Of a stretch of DNA of 64,000 nt, positions 39,801 to 54,710 are shown piece by piece (positions within the stretch are counted from its first letter, which is position 1; each line of letters opens with the position of its first letter). The stretch comes from the human T2T-CHM13v2.0 reference genome, Homo sapiens. The position numbers and the translations under genes were made by a program. Below the pieces are notes generated by a model. It ran no database searches and was not told where the DNA came from. It saw only the letters and a program-made list of their open reading frames with translations. Location of the stretch: the NCBI RefSeq assembly GCF_009914755.1, contig NC_060933.1; one strand, 5' to 3'.

Positions 39801-42122
39801 TAGAATGGAATGGAATGGAATCAACCCGAGTGCAGGGGAATGGAATGGAATGTAATGCAATGGAATGGAATCAACAGGAATTGAATGGAATGGAATGGAA
39901 TGGAATGGAATAGAACGCAATGGAATGGAATGGAATCAACCCGAGTGCAATGGAATGGAGTGGAATGGAATGGAATGGAATGGAAACTACCGAAATGGAA
40001 TGGAATGTAATGGAGTGAAGGGAATTGAATAGAATCAATCCTAATGTAATGGAATGGAATGGGACGGAATGGAATGGAATGGAACATAATGAAATGGAAT
40101 GCAATGGAATGGAATGGAATCAACCCGAGTGCAATGGAATGGAATGGAATGGAATGGAATGGAATTGAATGGAACGGAATGGAATGGATTCAACCCGAAT
40201 GGAATGGAAAGGAACGGAATCAACCCGAGTGGAATGGCATGGAATGGAATGCAATGGAATGGAACGGAATGGAATCAACTCGAGTGGAATGGAATGGAAT
40301 GGAATGGAAAGGAATGGAAAGAAATCAACTCGAGTGGAATGGAATGGAATGGAATGGATTGGAATGGATTGCAATGGAATGAAATGGAATGGAATGGAAT
40401 GGAATCAATCATTCCGAGTGGAATGGAAGGGAATGTAATGTAGTGGAAGGAAGGGAATGGAATCAACCCGAGTGGAATGCAAGGTAATGGAATGGAATGG
40501 AAAGGAATGGAATGGAATCAACTCGACTGCATTAGAATGGAATGGATTGGAATGGAATGGAATGGAATGGAATGGAATTAACCCGAATAGAATGGAACGG
40601 AATGGAATGGAACGGAATGGAATGGCATGGAAAGGAATGGAATCAACCCGAGTGCAGGGGAATGGAATGGAATGGAATGCAATGGAATGGAATCATCCGG
40701 AATGGAATGGAATGGAATGGAATCAACTCCATTGCAATGGAATGGAATGGAAAGGAATGGAATAGAATGGAATGGAATTAATCCGAATAGAATTTAATGG
40801 AATAGAATGGAATGGAACGGAACCGAATGGAGTGGAATGGAATGGAATGGAATTAACCCGAGTGAAGGGGAATGGAATGGAATGGAATGCAATGGAATGG
40901 AATCATCCGGAATGGAATGGAATGGAATGGAATGAAATCAAACCGAGTGCAATGGAATGGAGTGAAATGGAATGGAATGGAATGGAAACAACCAGAATGG
41001 ATTGGAATATAATGGAGTGTAAGGGAATTGAATAGAATCAATCTGAATTTAATGAAATGGAATGGAACGGAATGGAATGGAATGGAATGGAATCGAATGG
41101 AATGGAATAGAATGGAATCAACCCGAGTGCAATGGAATGGATTCGAATGGAATGGAATGGAGTGGAATGGATTCAACCCGAATGGAATGGAAAGGAATGG
41201 AATCAACCCGAGTGAAATGGCATGGAATGGAATGGAATGGAATGGAATGGAATGGAATGGAATGGAATGGTTCGGAACAGAATGGATTGGAACAAAATGG
41301 AATGGTATGGAATGGAATGGAATCAACTCGATTGCAATGGAATGGAATGCAATGGAATAGAACGGATAGGAATGGAATGGAATGGAATGTAATTAAATGG
41401 AATGGAATGGATTGGAATAAACCCGAGTGCAGTGGAATGGAATGGAATGGAATGCAAAGGAATGGAATCAACCGGTATGGAATGGAATGGAATGGAATGG
41501 AATGGAATGGAATGGAATCAACACGAGTGCAGTGGTATGGAAAGGAATGGAATGGAATGGAATGGAATGGAATGGAATGGAATGGAATGGATTCAACCCG
41601 AATGGAATGGAAAGAAATGGAATCAAACCGAGTGGAATGGCATGGAATGGAATGGAATGGAATGGTATGGAATAGAATGGAATGGAACGAAATGGAATGG
41701 AATGGAAGGGAAGGGAATGGAATGGAATGGAATGGAATGGAATTAAATGGAATGGAATGGAACGGAATGGAATGGAATGAAATGGAATGGAATGGAATCG
41801 AATGGAATGGAATGGAATGGAATCAACCCGAGTGCAATAGTATGGAAAGGAATGGAATGGAATGGAAGGGAATGGAATGGAATGGATTCAACCCGAATGG
41901 AATGGAAAGGAATGGAATCAAACCGAGTGGAATGGCATGGAATGGAATGGAATGGAATGGTATGGAATGGAATGGAAAGGAATGGTATGGAATAGAATGG
42001 AATGGAACGAAATGGAATAGGATGGAATGGAATGGAATGGAATGGAATGGAATGGAATGAAATGGAATGGAATGGAACGGAATGAACCCGTGTGCAATGT
42101 AATGGAATGGAATGGAATGGAA
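33873..42122 (+). repeat. ~8.25 kb tandem macro-repeat, copy 2
   Basis: Begins right after GAACCCGTGTGCAATGTAATGG (TGTGCAATGT at 33841), with CAACCCGACTGCAGGGGAATGAAATGG at 33904 matching 25654. Ends after the second TGTGCAATGT at 42091, where the sequences diverge at ~42123. Confidence 0.96.
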
Positions 42123-45100
42123 TTGAATGGAATGGAATGGAATGGATTCAACTCGAATGGAATGAAAAGGAATGGAATCAACCCGAGCAGAATGGCATGG
42201 CATGGAATGGAATGGAACGGAATGGAGTGGAATGGAATGGAATGGTACGGAATAGAATGGAATGGAACGATATGGAATGGAATGGAATAGAATGGAATGG
42301 AATGGAAAGGAATGGAATCATTCCGACTGGAATAGAAGGGAATGTATTCGAGTGCAATGGAAAGGAATGGAATCAACCAGAGTGGAATGTAAGGGAAAGG
42401 AATGGAATGGAATGGAATGGAATGGAATGGAATGGAATGGTATGGAATGGAATCAACTCGATTGCAATCGAATGGAATGGAATGGAATGGAATTCAATGG
42501 GATGGAATGGAATGGAATGGAATCAAACCGAATGCAATGGAATGGAGTGGAATGGAACAACCCGAATGGAATGGAATGTAATGGAGAGTAAGGGAGTTGA
42601 ATAGAATCAATCCGAATGTAATGGAATGGAACGGAATGGAATGGAAAGGAATGGAATGGAATGCAACGGAATGGAATCAACCCGACTACAATGGAAAAGA
42701 ATGGAATGGAATGGAATGGAATGGAATGGAATGGAATCAACCCGAGTGCAATGGAATGGAGAGGAATGGAATGGAATGGAATGGAATCAACCAGAATGGA
42801 TTGGAATATAATGGAGTGTAAGGGAATTGAATAGAATCAATCTGAATGTAATGAAATGGAATGGAAAGGAATGGAATGGAATGGAATGGAATGGAATGCA
42901 ATGGAATGGAATCAACCCGAGTGCAATCGAATGGAATCGAATGGAATGGAATGCAATGGAATGGATTCAACTTGAATGGAATGGAAAGAATGGAATCAGC
43001 ACGAGTGGAATGGCATGGAATGGAATGGAATGGAATGGAATGGAATGGAATCAACCCGAGTGCAGGGGAATGGAATGTAATGGAATGCAATGGAATGGAA
43101 TAATCTGGTATGGAATGGAATGGAATGGAATGCAATGGAATGGAATGGAATGGAATGGAATGGAATGGAATGGTACCGAATAGAATGGAATGGAACGAAA
43201 TGGAAAAGAATGGAATGGAATGGTATGGAAACAACCCGAATGGAATGGAATGAAATGGAGTGTAAGGGAATTGAATACAATCAATCCGAATGTAATGGAA
43301 TGGAATGGAACGGAATGGAATGGAATGGAATGGAATGGAATGGAATGCAATGGAATGGAATCAACCCGAGGGCAACCGAATGGAATCGAATGGAATGGAA
43401 TGAAATGGAATGGATTCAACTTGAATGGAATGGAAAGAATGGAATCAACACGAGTGGAATGGCATGGAATGGAATGAAATGGAATGGAATGGAATCAACC
43501 CGAGTACAGGGGAATTTAATGGAATGGAATGTAATGCAATGGAATCATCCGTAATGTAATGGAAAGGAATGGAATGGAATGGAATGGAATGGAAGGGTAT
43601 GGAATGGAATCAACTCGACTGCAATCGAATGGAATGGAATGGAATTAACCCGAATAGAATGGAATGGAATGGAATGCAACACAACGGAATGGAATGGAAT
43701 GGAATGGAATGGAATGGAATGGAATGGAATGGAACGGAACGGAATGGAATGGAATGGAACGGAACGGAATTGAAAGGATTAAACGCGAGTGCAGGGGAAT
43801 GGAATGGAATGGAATGCAATGGAATGGAATCTTCAGGAATATAATGGAATTGAATGGAATGGAATGGAATGGAATGCAATAGATTCAACTCGAATGCAAT
43901 GGAATGGAATAGAATGGAATGGAATGGAATGGAATGGAATTAACCCGAATAGAATGGATTGGAATGGAATTGAACGGAACGGAACGGAACGGAACGGAAC
44001 GGAACGGAATGGAATGGAATGGAATGGAATTCTATGGAATGGAATGGAATGGTACGGAATAGAATGGAATGGAAAGAATTGGAATGGAATGGAATCGAAT
44101 GGAATGGAATGGAATGGAATGGAATCAACCCGAGTGCAGGGGAATGTAATGGAACGGAATGCAATGGAATGGAGTCATCCGGAATGGAATGGAATGGAAT
44201 GGAATGGAATGGAATCAACACGAGTGCAATGGAATGGAGTGGAATGGAATGGAATGGAATGGAACAACCCGAATGGAATGGAATGTAATGGAGAGTAAGG
44301 GAGTTGAATAGAATCAATACGAATGTAATGGAATGGAACGGAATGGAATGGAATGGAATGGAATGGAATGGAATGGAATGGAATGCAATGGAATGGAATC
44401 AACCCGAGTACAATGGAATGGAATGGAATGGAATGGAATGGAATGGAATGGAATGGAATCAACCCGAGTGCAATGGAATGGAGAGATATGGAATGGAATG
44501 GAATGGAAACTACACGAATGGAATGGAATGTAATGGAGTGTAAGGGAATTCAATAGAATCAATCCGAATGGAATGGAATGGAATGGAACGGAATGTAATG
44601 GAATGGAATGGAATGGAAACACCCCGAGTGCAGGGTAATGGAATGGAATGGAATGGAATGGAACGGAATGGAATGGAATGGAATGGAAAGGAATGGAATG
44701 CAATGGAATGGAATCAACCCGAGTGCAATTGAATGGAATCGAATGGAATGGAATGCAATGGAATGGATTCAACTTGAATGGAATGGAAAGAATGGAATCA
44801 ACACGAGTGGAATGGCATGGAATGGAATGGAATGGAATGGAATCAACCCGAGTACAGGGGAATGGAATGGAATGGAATGCAATGGAATGGAATCATCCGT
44901 AATGGAATGGAAAGGAATGGAATGGAATGGAATGGAATGGAATGGAATGGAATGGAATCGCCTGGAATCAACTCGATTGCAATCGAATGGAATGGAATGG
45001 AATTAACCCGAATAGAATGGAATGGAATGGAATGGAATGGAACGGAATGGAATGGAATGGAATGGAACGGAATGGAACGGAACGGAATGGAATAGAATGG

Positions 45101-48100
45101 AATGGAATGGAATCAACGCCAGTGAAGGGGAATGGAAAGGAAGGGAATGCAATGGAATGGAATCTTGAGGAATGGAATGGAATGGAATGGAATGCAATGG
45201 ATTCAACTCGATTGCAATGGAATGGAATGGAATGGAATGGAATGGAATGGAATGAATTGAATGGAAATAACCCGAGTAGAATGGAATGGAATGGAACGGA
45301 ATGGAACGGAACGGAATGGAATGGAATGGAATCGTTCCGAGTGGAATAGGAGGGAATGTATTCGAGTGGAATGGAAAGGAATGGAATCAACCAGAGTGGA
45401 ATGGAAGGGAATGGAATGGAATGGAAAATAATAGAATGGAATCAACCCGAGTGGAATGCAATGGAAAGGAATGGAATGGAATGGAATGGAATGGAATGGA
45501 ATGGAATGGAATGGAATCAACTCGATTGTAATGGAATGGAATGGAATGGAAAGGAATGGAATGGAATGGAAAGGAATCATCCGGAATGGAATGGAATGGA
45601 ATGGAATGCAAAGCAATGGAATCAACTCGATTGCAATGGAATGGAATGGAATGGAAAGGAATAGAATGGAATCACCCCGAGTGGAATGGAATGGAAAGGA
45701 CTGGAATGGAGTGGAATGGAATGGAACGGAATGGAATGGAATCAACTCTATTGGAATGGAGAGGAATGGAATTTGAATGGAATGGAATGGAATGGAATGG
45801 AATTAACCCGAATAGAATGGAATGGAATGGAATGGAAAGGAATGGAATGGAATGGAATGCAATGGAATGGAATGGAATGGAATGGAATCAACCCGACTGC
45901 ACGGGAATGGAATGGAATGGAATGCAATGGAGTGGAATCATCCGGAATGGAATGGAATGGAATGGAATAAAATCAACTCGATTGCAATGGAATGGAATGG
46001 AATGGAATGGAATGGAATGGAATGGAATGGAATGGAATGGAATCAACCCGAGTGCAATGGAATGGAATCGAATGGAATGGAATGGAATGGAATGGATTCA
46101 ACAAGAATGGAATGGAAAGGAATGGAATCAACCCGAGTGTAATGGCATGGAATGGAATGGAATGGAATGGGATGGAATGGAATGGAACGGAATAGAATGG
46201 AATTGAATGAAATGGAATGGAATGGAATGGAATGGAATGAACCCGTGTGCAATGGAATGGAATGGAATGGAATGGAATGGATTCAACTCAAATGGAATCA
46301 TCTCGATTGCAATGGAATGGAATGGAATGGAAGGGAATAGAATGGAATCAACCCGAGTGGAATGGAAAGGAATGGACTGGAATGGACTGGAATGGAATGG
46401 AATGGAATGGAATGAAATCGATTGGAATGGAATGGAATGGAATGGAATGGAATGGAATCAACTCGATTGCAATGGAATGGAATGGAATGGAATAGAATTA
46501 ACACGAAAAGAATGGAATGGAATGGAATGGAACGGAATGTAATGGAATGAAATGGAATGGAATCAACCCGAGTGCAGGGGAATGGAATGGAATGGAATGC
46601 AATGGAATGGAATCATCCGGAATGGAATGGAATGGAATGGAATGGAATGGAATGGAATGGAATGGAATCAACTCGATTGCAATGGAATGAATGGAATGGA
46701 ATGGAAAGGAATGGAAGGGAATGGAATGGAATGTAATCAACCCGAGTGCAGGGGAATGGAATGGAATGGAATGCAATGGAATGGAATCATCCGGAATGGA
46801 ATGGAATGGAATGCAATCATCCCGATGCAATGGAATGGAGTGGAATGGAATGGAATGGAATGGAAACATCCCGAATGGAATGGAAAGTAATGGAGTGTAA
46901 GGGAATTGAATAGAACCAATCCGAATGTAATGGAATGGAATGGAATGAAATGGAATGGAATGGAATGGAATCAACCCGAGTGCAATGGAATGGATTCTAA
47001 TGGAATGGAATGGAATGGAATGGATTCAACAAGAATGGAATGGAAAGGAATAGAGTCAACCCGAGTGTAAAGGCTTGGAATGGAATGGAATGGAATGGAA
47101 TGGGATGGAATGGAATGGTACGGAATAGAATGGAATGGAATGAAACGGAATGGAATGGAACGGAATGGAATGGAATGGAATGGAATGGAATGAACCCGTG
47201 TGCAATGTAATGTAATGGAATGGAATGGAATGGATTCAACTCGAATGGAATCAACTCGATTGCAATGGAATGGAATGGAATGAAAAGGAATAGAATGGAA
47301 TCAACCCGAATGGAATGGAATGGAAAGGACTGCAATGGAGTGAAATGGAATGGAATGGAATTAACCCGAATAGAATGGAATAGAATGGAATGAAAGGGAA
47401 TGTAATGGAATGGAATGGAATGGATTAAATCCGAGTGCAGGGGAATGGAATGGAATGGAATGCAATGGAATGGAATCATCCGGAATGGAATGGAATAGAA
47501 TGGAATGGAATGGAATGGAATCAACTCGATTTCAATGGAATGGAACGGAAAGGAATGGAATGGAATGGAATGGAATCAACCCAAGTGCAGGGGAATGGAA
47601 TGGAATGGAATTCGATGGAATGGAATCATCCGGAATGGAATGGAATGGAATGGAATGGAATGGAATGGAATGGAATGGAATCAACCCGAGTGCCATGGAA
47701 TGGGGAGGAATGGAATGGAATGGACTGGAAACTACCCGAACGGAATGGAATGTAATGGAGTGTAAGGGAATTGAATAGAATCAATCCGAATGTAATGGAA
47801 TGGAATGGAATGGAATCAAACCGAGTACAGGGGAATGGAATGGAATGGAATGCAATGGAATGGAATCATCCGGAATGGAATGGAATGGAATGGAATGGAA
47901 TGGAATCAACTTGATTTGAATGGAATGGAATGGAATGGAATGGAATGGAATGGAATGGAATGGAATCAACTCGATTTCAATGGAATGGAATGGGATAGAA
48001 TGGAATGGAATTAACCCGAATAGAATGGAATGGAATGGAATGGAACGGAATGGAATGGAATGGAATGGAATGGAATCAAACCGAGTGCAGGGGAATGGAA

Positions 48101-51100
48101 TGCAATGCAATGCAATGGAATGGAATCATCCGGAATGGAATGGAATGGAATGGAATGGAATGCAATGGAATGGAATCAATCAAACCGAGTGCAATGGAAT
48201 GGAGTGGAATGGAATGGAATGGATTGGAAACTACCCGAATGGAATGGAATGGAGTGTAAGGGAATTGAAAAGAATCAATCCGAATGTAATGGAATGGAAT
48301 GGAACGGAGTGCAAACGAATGGAATGAAATGGAATGGAATGGAATGGAATGGAATGGACACGTGTGCAATGGAATAGAATCGAATGAAATGGAATGGAAT
48401 GGAATGGAATGGAATGGAATGGAATGGAATCAATTCGAATGGAATGGAAAGGAATGGAATCAACCCGAGCGGAATGGCATGGCATGGAATGGAATGGAAT
48501 GGAGTGGAATGGAATGGAATGGAATGGAATGGTATGGAATAGAATGGAATGGTACGATATGGAATGGAATGGAATGGAATGGAATGGAATGGAATGGAAT
48601 CAACCCGAGAGCAGGGGAAAGGAATGGAATGGAATGCAATGGAATGGAGTCAACCCGAGTGGAAAGGAATGGAAAGACTGGAATGGAATTGAATTGAATG
48701 GAATGGAGTGGAAAGGAATCAACTCGATCGCAATGGAATGCAATGGAATTAACCCGAATAGAATGGAATGGAACGGAATGGAACGGAATGGAATGGAATG
48801 GAAAGGAATGGAATCAACCCGAGTGCAGGTTAATGGAATGGAATGGAATGCAATGGAATGGAATCATCCGGAATGGAATGGAATGGAATCGAATGGAATG
48901 GAATGGAATGGAATCAACCCGAGTGCAATGGAATGGAGTGAAATGGAATGGAATGGAATGGAAACAACCAGAATGGATTGGAATTTAATGGAGTGTAAGG
49001 GAATTGAATAGAGTCAATCCTAATGTAATGGAATGGAATGGAACGGAATGGAATGGAATGGAACGGAATGAAATGGAATGCAATGGAATGGAATAGAATC
49101 AACCAGAGTGCAATGGAATGGAATGGAACGGAATGGAATGGAATGGAATTGAAAGAATTCAACCCGAATGGAATGGAAAGGAATGGAATCAACCCGATTG
49201 GAATGCCATGGAATGGAATGGAATGGAATGGAATGGAATGGAGTGGAATGGAATGGAATGGAATGGAATGGAATGGAATGGTAAGGAATAGAATTGAATG
49301 GAACGAAATAGAATGGAGTGGAATGGAATGGAATGGAATCGAATGGAATGGAATGGAATCATTCCGAGTGGAATAGAAGGGAATGTATTTGAGTGGAATG
49401 GAAAGGAATGGAAACAACCAGAGTGGAATGGAAGGGAATGGAATGTAATGAAAAGGAATAGAATGGAATCAACCCGAGTGGAATGGAATGGAAAGGAATG
49501 GAATGGAATGGAATGGAAAGGAATGGAATGGAATCAACTCGAGTGGAATGGAATGGAATGGAATGGATTGGAATGGATTGCAATGGAATGAAATGGAATG
49601 GAATGGAATGGAATCAATCATTCTGAGTGGAATTGAAGGGAATGTAATGGAGTGGAAGAAAGGAATGGAATCAACCCGAGTGGAATGCAAGGGAATGGAA
49701 GGGAATGGAAAGGAATAGAATGGAATCAACCCAAGTGGAATGGAATGCAAAGGAATGGAATGGAATGGAATCAATCAACTCGTGTGCAATGGAATAGAGT
49801 GGAATGCAATCGAATGGAATGGAAACTACCCGAATGGAATGGAATGAAGGAATGGAATGGAATGGAATGGAATGGAATGGAATGAACCCGTGTGCAATGG
49901 AATGGAATGGAATGGATTCAACTCGAATGGAATCAACTCGATTGCAATGGAATGGAATGGAATGGAAGGGAATAGAATGGAATCAACCCGAGTGGAATGG
50001 AATGGAAAGGACTGGAATGAAGTGGAATGGAATGGAATGGAATTAACCCGAATAGAATGGAATGGAACGGAATGGAACGGAATGGAATGGAATGGAAGGG
50101 AATGGAATCATCTCGATTGCAATCGAATGGAATGGAATGGAATTAACACGAATAGAATGGAATGGAATGGAATGGAACGGAACGGAACGGAATGGAATGG
50201 AATGGAATAGAATGGAATGGAATGGAACGGAAAGGAAGGGAATGGAATGGAATAGAATGGAATGGAATGGAATCAACGCGAGTGCAGGGGAATGGAATGG
50301 AATGGAATGCAATGGAATGGAATCTTCCGGAATGGAATGGAATGGAATGGAATGGAATCAACCCGAGTGCAATGGAATGGAGTGGAATGGAATGGAATGG
50401 AATGGAACAACCCGAATGGAATGGAATGTAATGGAGAGTAAGGGAGTTGAATAGAATCAATCCGAATGTAATGGAATGGAATGGAACGGAATGGAATGGA
50501 ATGGAATGGAATGGAATGGAATGGAATGGAATGCAATGGAATGGAATCAACCCGAGTGCAATCGAATGGAATCGAATGGAATGGAATGCAATGGAATGGA
50601 TTCAACTTGAATGGAATGGAAAGAATGGAATCAACACGAGTGGAATGGCATGGATTGGAATGGAATGGAATGGAATCAACCCGAGTACAGGGGAATGGAA
50701 TGGAATGGAATGCAATGGAATGGAATCATCCGTAATGGAATGGAAAGGAATGGAATGGAATGGAATGGAATGGAATGGAATGGAATGGAATCAACTCGAT
50801 TGCAATCGAATGGAATGGAATGGAATTAACCCGAATAGAATGGAATGGAATGGAATGGAATGGAACGGAACGGAATGGAATGGAATGGAATGGAATGCAA
50901 TGGAATGGAATCAACCCGAGTACAATGGAATGGAATGGAATGGAATGGAATGGAATGGAATGGAATGGAATGGAATGATACGGAATAGAAAGGAATGGAA
51001 CGAAATGGAATGGAATGGAATGGAATGGAATGGAATGGAATGCAATGGAATGGATTCAACTTGAATGGAATGGAAAGAATGGAATCAACACGAGTGGAAT

Positions 51101-51329
51101 GGCATGGATTGGAATGGAATGGAATGGAATCAACCCGAGTACAGGGGAATGGAATGGAATGGAATGCAATGGAATGGAATCATCTGTAATGGAATGGAAA
51201 GTAATGGAATGGAATGGAATGGAATGGAATGGAATCTACGCGAGTGCAGGGGAATGGAATGGAATGGAATGCAATGGAATGGAATCTTCCGCAATGGAAT
51301 GGAATGGAATTGAATGGAATGGAATGGAA

Positions 51330-54300
51330 TGGAATCAACCCGAGTGCAATGGAATGGAGTGGAATGGAATGGAATGGAATGGAACAACCCGAATGGAATG
51401 GAATGTAATGGAGAGTAAGGGAGTTGAATAGAATCAATCCGAATGTAACGGAATGGAATGGAACGGAATGGAATTGAATGGAATGGAATGGAATGCAATG
51501 GAATGGAATCAACCCGAGTGCAATGGAATGGAGAGGAATGGAATGGAATGGAATGGAAACTACCCGAATGGAATGGAATGTAATGGAGTGTTAGGGAATT
51601 GAATAGAATCAATCCGAATGTAATGGAATGGAATGGAACGGAATGGAATGGAATGGAATGAAATGGAATGGAATGAAATGCAATGGAATGGAATCAACCC
51701 GAGTGCAATCGAATGGAATCGAATGGAATGGAATGCAATGGAATGGATTCAACTTGAATGGAATGGAAAGAATGGAATCAACACGAGTGGAATGGCATGG
51801 ATTGGAATGGAATGGAATGGAATCAACCCGAGTACAGGGGAATGGAATGAAATGGAATGCAATGGAATGGAATCATCCGTAATGGAATGGAAAGGAATGG
51901 AATGGAATGGAATGGAATGGAATGGAATCAACTCGATTGCAATCGAATGGAATGGAATGGAACTAACCCGAATACAATGGAATGGAATGGAATGGAATGG
52001 AATGGAACGGAACGGAACGGAATGGAATGGAATGGAATGGAATGGAATCAACGCGAGTGCAGGGGAATGGAATGGAATGGAATGCAATGGAATGGAATCT
52101 TCCGGAATGGAATGGAATGGAATGGAATGGAATGAAATGCAATGGATTCAACTCGATTGCAATGGAACGGAATAGAATGGAATGGAATGGAATGGAATGG
52201 AATTAATCCGAATAGAATGGAATGGAATGGAATGGAACGGAATGGAACGGAATGGAATGGAATGGAATGGAATGGAATGGTATGGAATGGAATGGAATGG
52301 TACGGAATAGAATGGAATGGAACGAATTGTAATGGAATGGAATTGAATGGAATGGAATGCAATTGAATGGAATCAACGCGAGTGCAGGGGAATGTAATGG
52401 AACGGAATGCAATGGAATGGAATCATCCGGAATGGAATGGAATGGAATGGAATCAACCCGAGTGCAATGGAATGGAGTGGAATGGAATGGAATGGAATGG
52501 AACAACCCGAATGGAATGGAATGTAATGGAGAGTAAGGGAGTTGAATAGAATCAATCCGAATGTAAAGGAATGGAATGCAACGGAATGGAATGGAATGGA
52601 ATGGAATGGAATGCAATGGAATGGAATCAACCCGAGTACAATGGAATGGAATGGAATGGAATGGAATGGAATGGAATGGAGAGATACGGAATAGAATGGA
52701 ATGGAACGAAATGGAATGGAATGGAATGGAATGGAATGGAATGGAATCGTTCCGAGTGGAATAGGAGGGAATGTATTCGAGTGGAATGGAAAGGAATGGA
52801 ATCAACCAGAGTGGAATGGAAGGGAATGGAATGGAATGGAAACTAATAGAATGGAATCAACCCGAGTGGAATGGAATGGAAAGGAATGGAATGGAATGGA
52901 ATGGAATGGAATGGAATGGAATGGAATTAACGCGAGTGCAGGGGAATGGAATGGAATCGAATGGAATGGAATGGAATGGAATGGAATCAACCCGAGTGCA
53001 GGGGAATGTAATGCAACGGAATGCAATGGAATGGAATCATCCGGAATGGAATGGAATGGAATGGAATGGAATGGAATGGAATGGATTCAACCCGAGTGCA
53101 ATGGAATGGAGTGGAATGGAATGGAAAGGAATGCAACAACCCGAATGGAATGGAATGTAATGGAGAGTAAGGGAGTTGAAAGGAATCAATCCGAATGTAA
53201 TGGAATGGAATGGAACGGAATGGAATTGAATGGAATGGAATGGAATGCAATGGAATGGAATCAACCCGAGTGCAATGGAATGGAGAGGAATGGAATGGAA
53301 TGGAATGGAAACTACGCGAGTGGAATGGAATGTAATGGAGTGTAAGGGAATTGAATAGAATCAATCCGAATGTAATGGAATGGAATGGAACGGAATGGAA
53401 TGGAATGGAATGGAATGGAATGGAATGGAATGGAATGCAATGGAATGGAATGAACGCGAGTGCAATCGAATGGAATCGAATGGAATGGAATGCAATGGAA
53501 TGGATTCAACTTGAATGGAATGGAAAGAATGGAATCAACACGAGTGGAATGGCATGGATTGGAATGGAATGGAATGGAATCAACCCGACTACAGGGGAAT
53601 GGAATGGAATGGAATGCAATGGAATGGAATCATCCGTAATGGAATGGAAAGGAATGGAATGGAATGGAATGGAATGGAATCAACTCGATTGCAATCGAAT
53701 GGAATGGAATGGAATTAACCCGAATACAATGGAATGGAATGGAATAGAATGGAACGGAATGGAATGGAATGGAATGGAATGGAATGGAATGGAACGGAAC
53801 GGAACGGAATGGAATGGAATGGAATGGAATGGAATGGAATGGAATGGAATCAACGCGAGTGCAGGGGAATGGAATGGAATGGAATGCAATGGAATGGAAT
53901 CTTCCGGAATGGAATGGAATGGAATGGAATGGAATGAAATGCAATGGATTCAACTCGATTGCAATGGAATGGAATAGAATGGAATGGAATGGAATGGAAT
54001 GGAATTAATCAGAATAGAATGGAATGGAATGGAATGGAACGCAATGGAACGGAATGGAATGGAATGGAATGGAATGGAATGGAATGGTATGGAATGGAAT
54101 GGAATGGTACGGAATAGAATGGAATGGAACGAATTGTAATGGAATGGAATTGAATGGAATGGAATGGAATGGAATGGAATCAACGCGAGTGCAGGGGAAT
54201 GTAATGGAACGGAATGCAATGGAATGGAATCATCCTGAATGGAATGGAATGGAATGGAATCAACCCGAGTGCAATGGAATGGGGTGGAATGGAATGGAAT

Positions 54301-54710
54301 GGAATGGAACAACCCGAATGGAATGGAATGTAATGGAGAGTAAGGAAGTTGAATAGAATCAATCCGAATGTAAAGGAATGGAATGCAACGGAATGGAATG
54401 GAATGGAATGGAATGGAATGGAATGCAATGGAATGGAATCAACCCGAGTACAATGGAATGGAATGGAATGGAATGGAATGGAATGGAATGGAATGGAATG
54501 GAAAGATACGGAATAGAATGGAATGGAACGAAATGGAATGGAATGGAATGGAATGGAATGGAATGGAAAGGAATCGTTCCAAGTGGAATAGGAGGGAATG
54601 TATTCGAGTGGAATGGAAAGGAATGGAATCAACCAGAGTGGAATGGAAGGGAATGGAATGGAATGGAAACTAATAGAATGGAATCAACCCGAGTGGAATG
54701 GAATGGAAAG
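51330..54710 (+). repeat. Diverged tandem pair, ~1.75-1.82 kb unit
   Basis: Same cassette order and shared rare variants: CCCGAATACAAT (~51967/53720), GAATTGTAAT (52324/54131), CCGAATGTAAAGGAATGGAATGCAACGG (~52557/54365), AGATACGGAATAG (~52682/54504). Confidence 0.8.
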
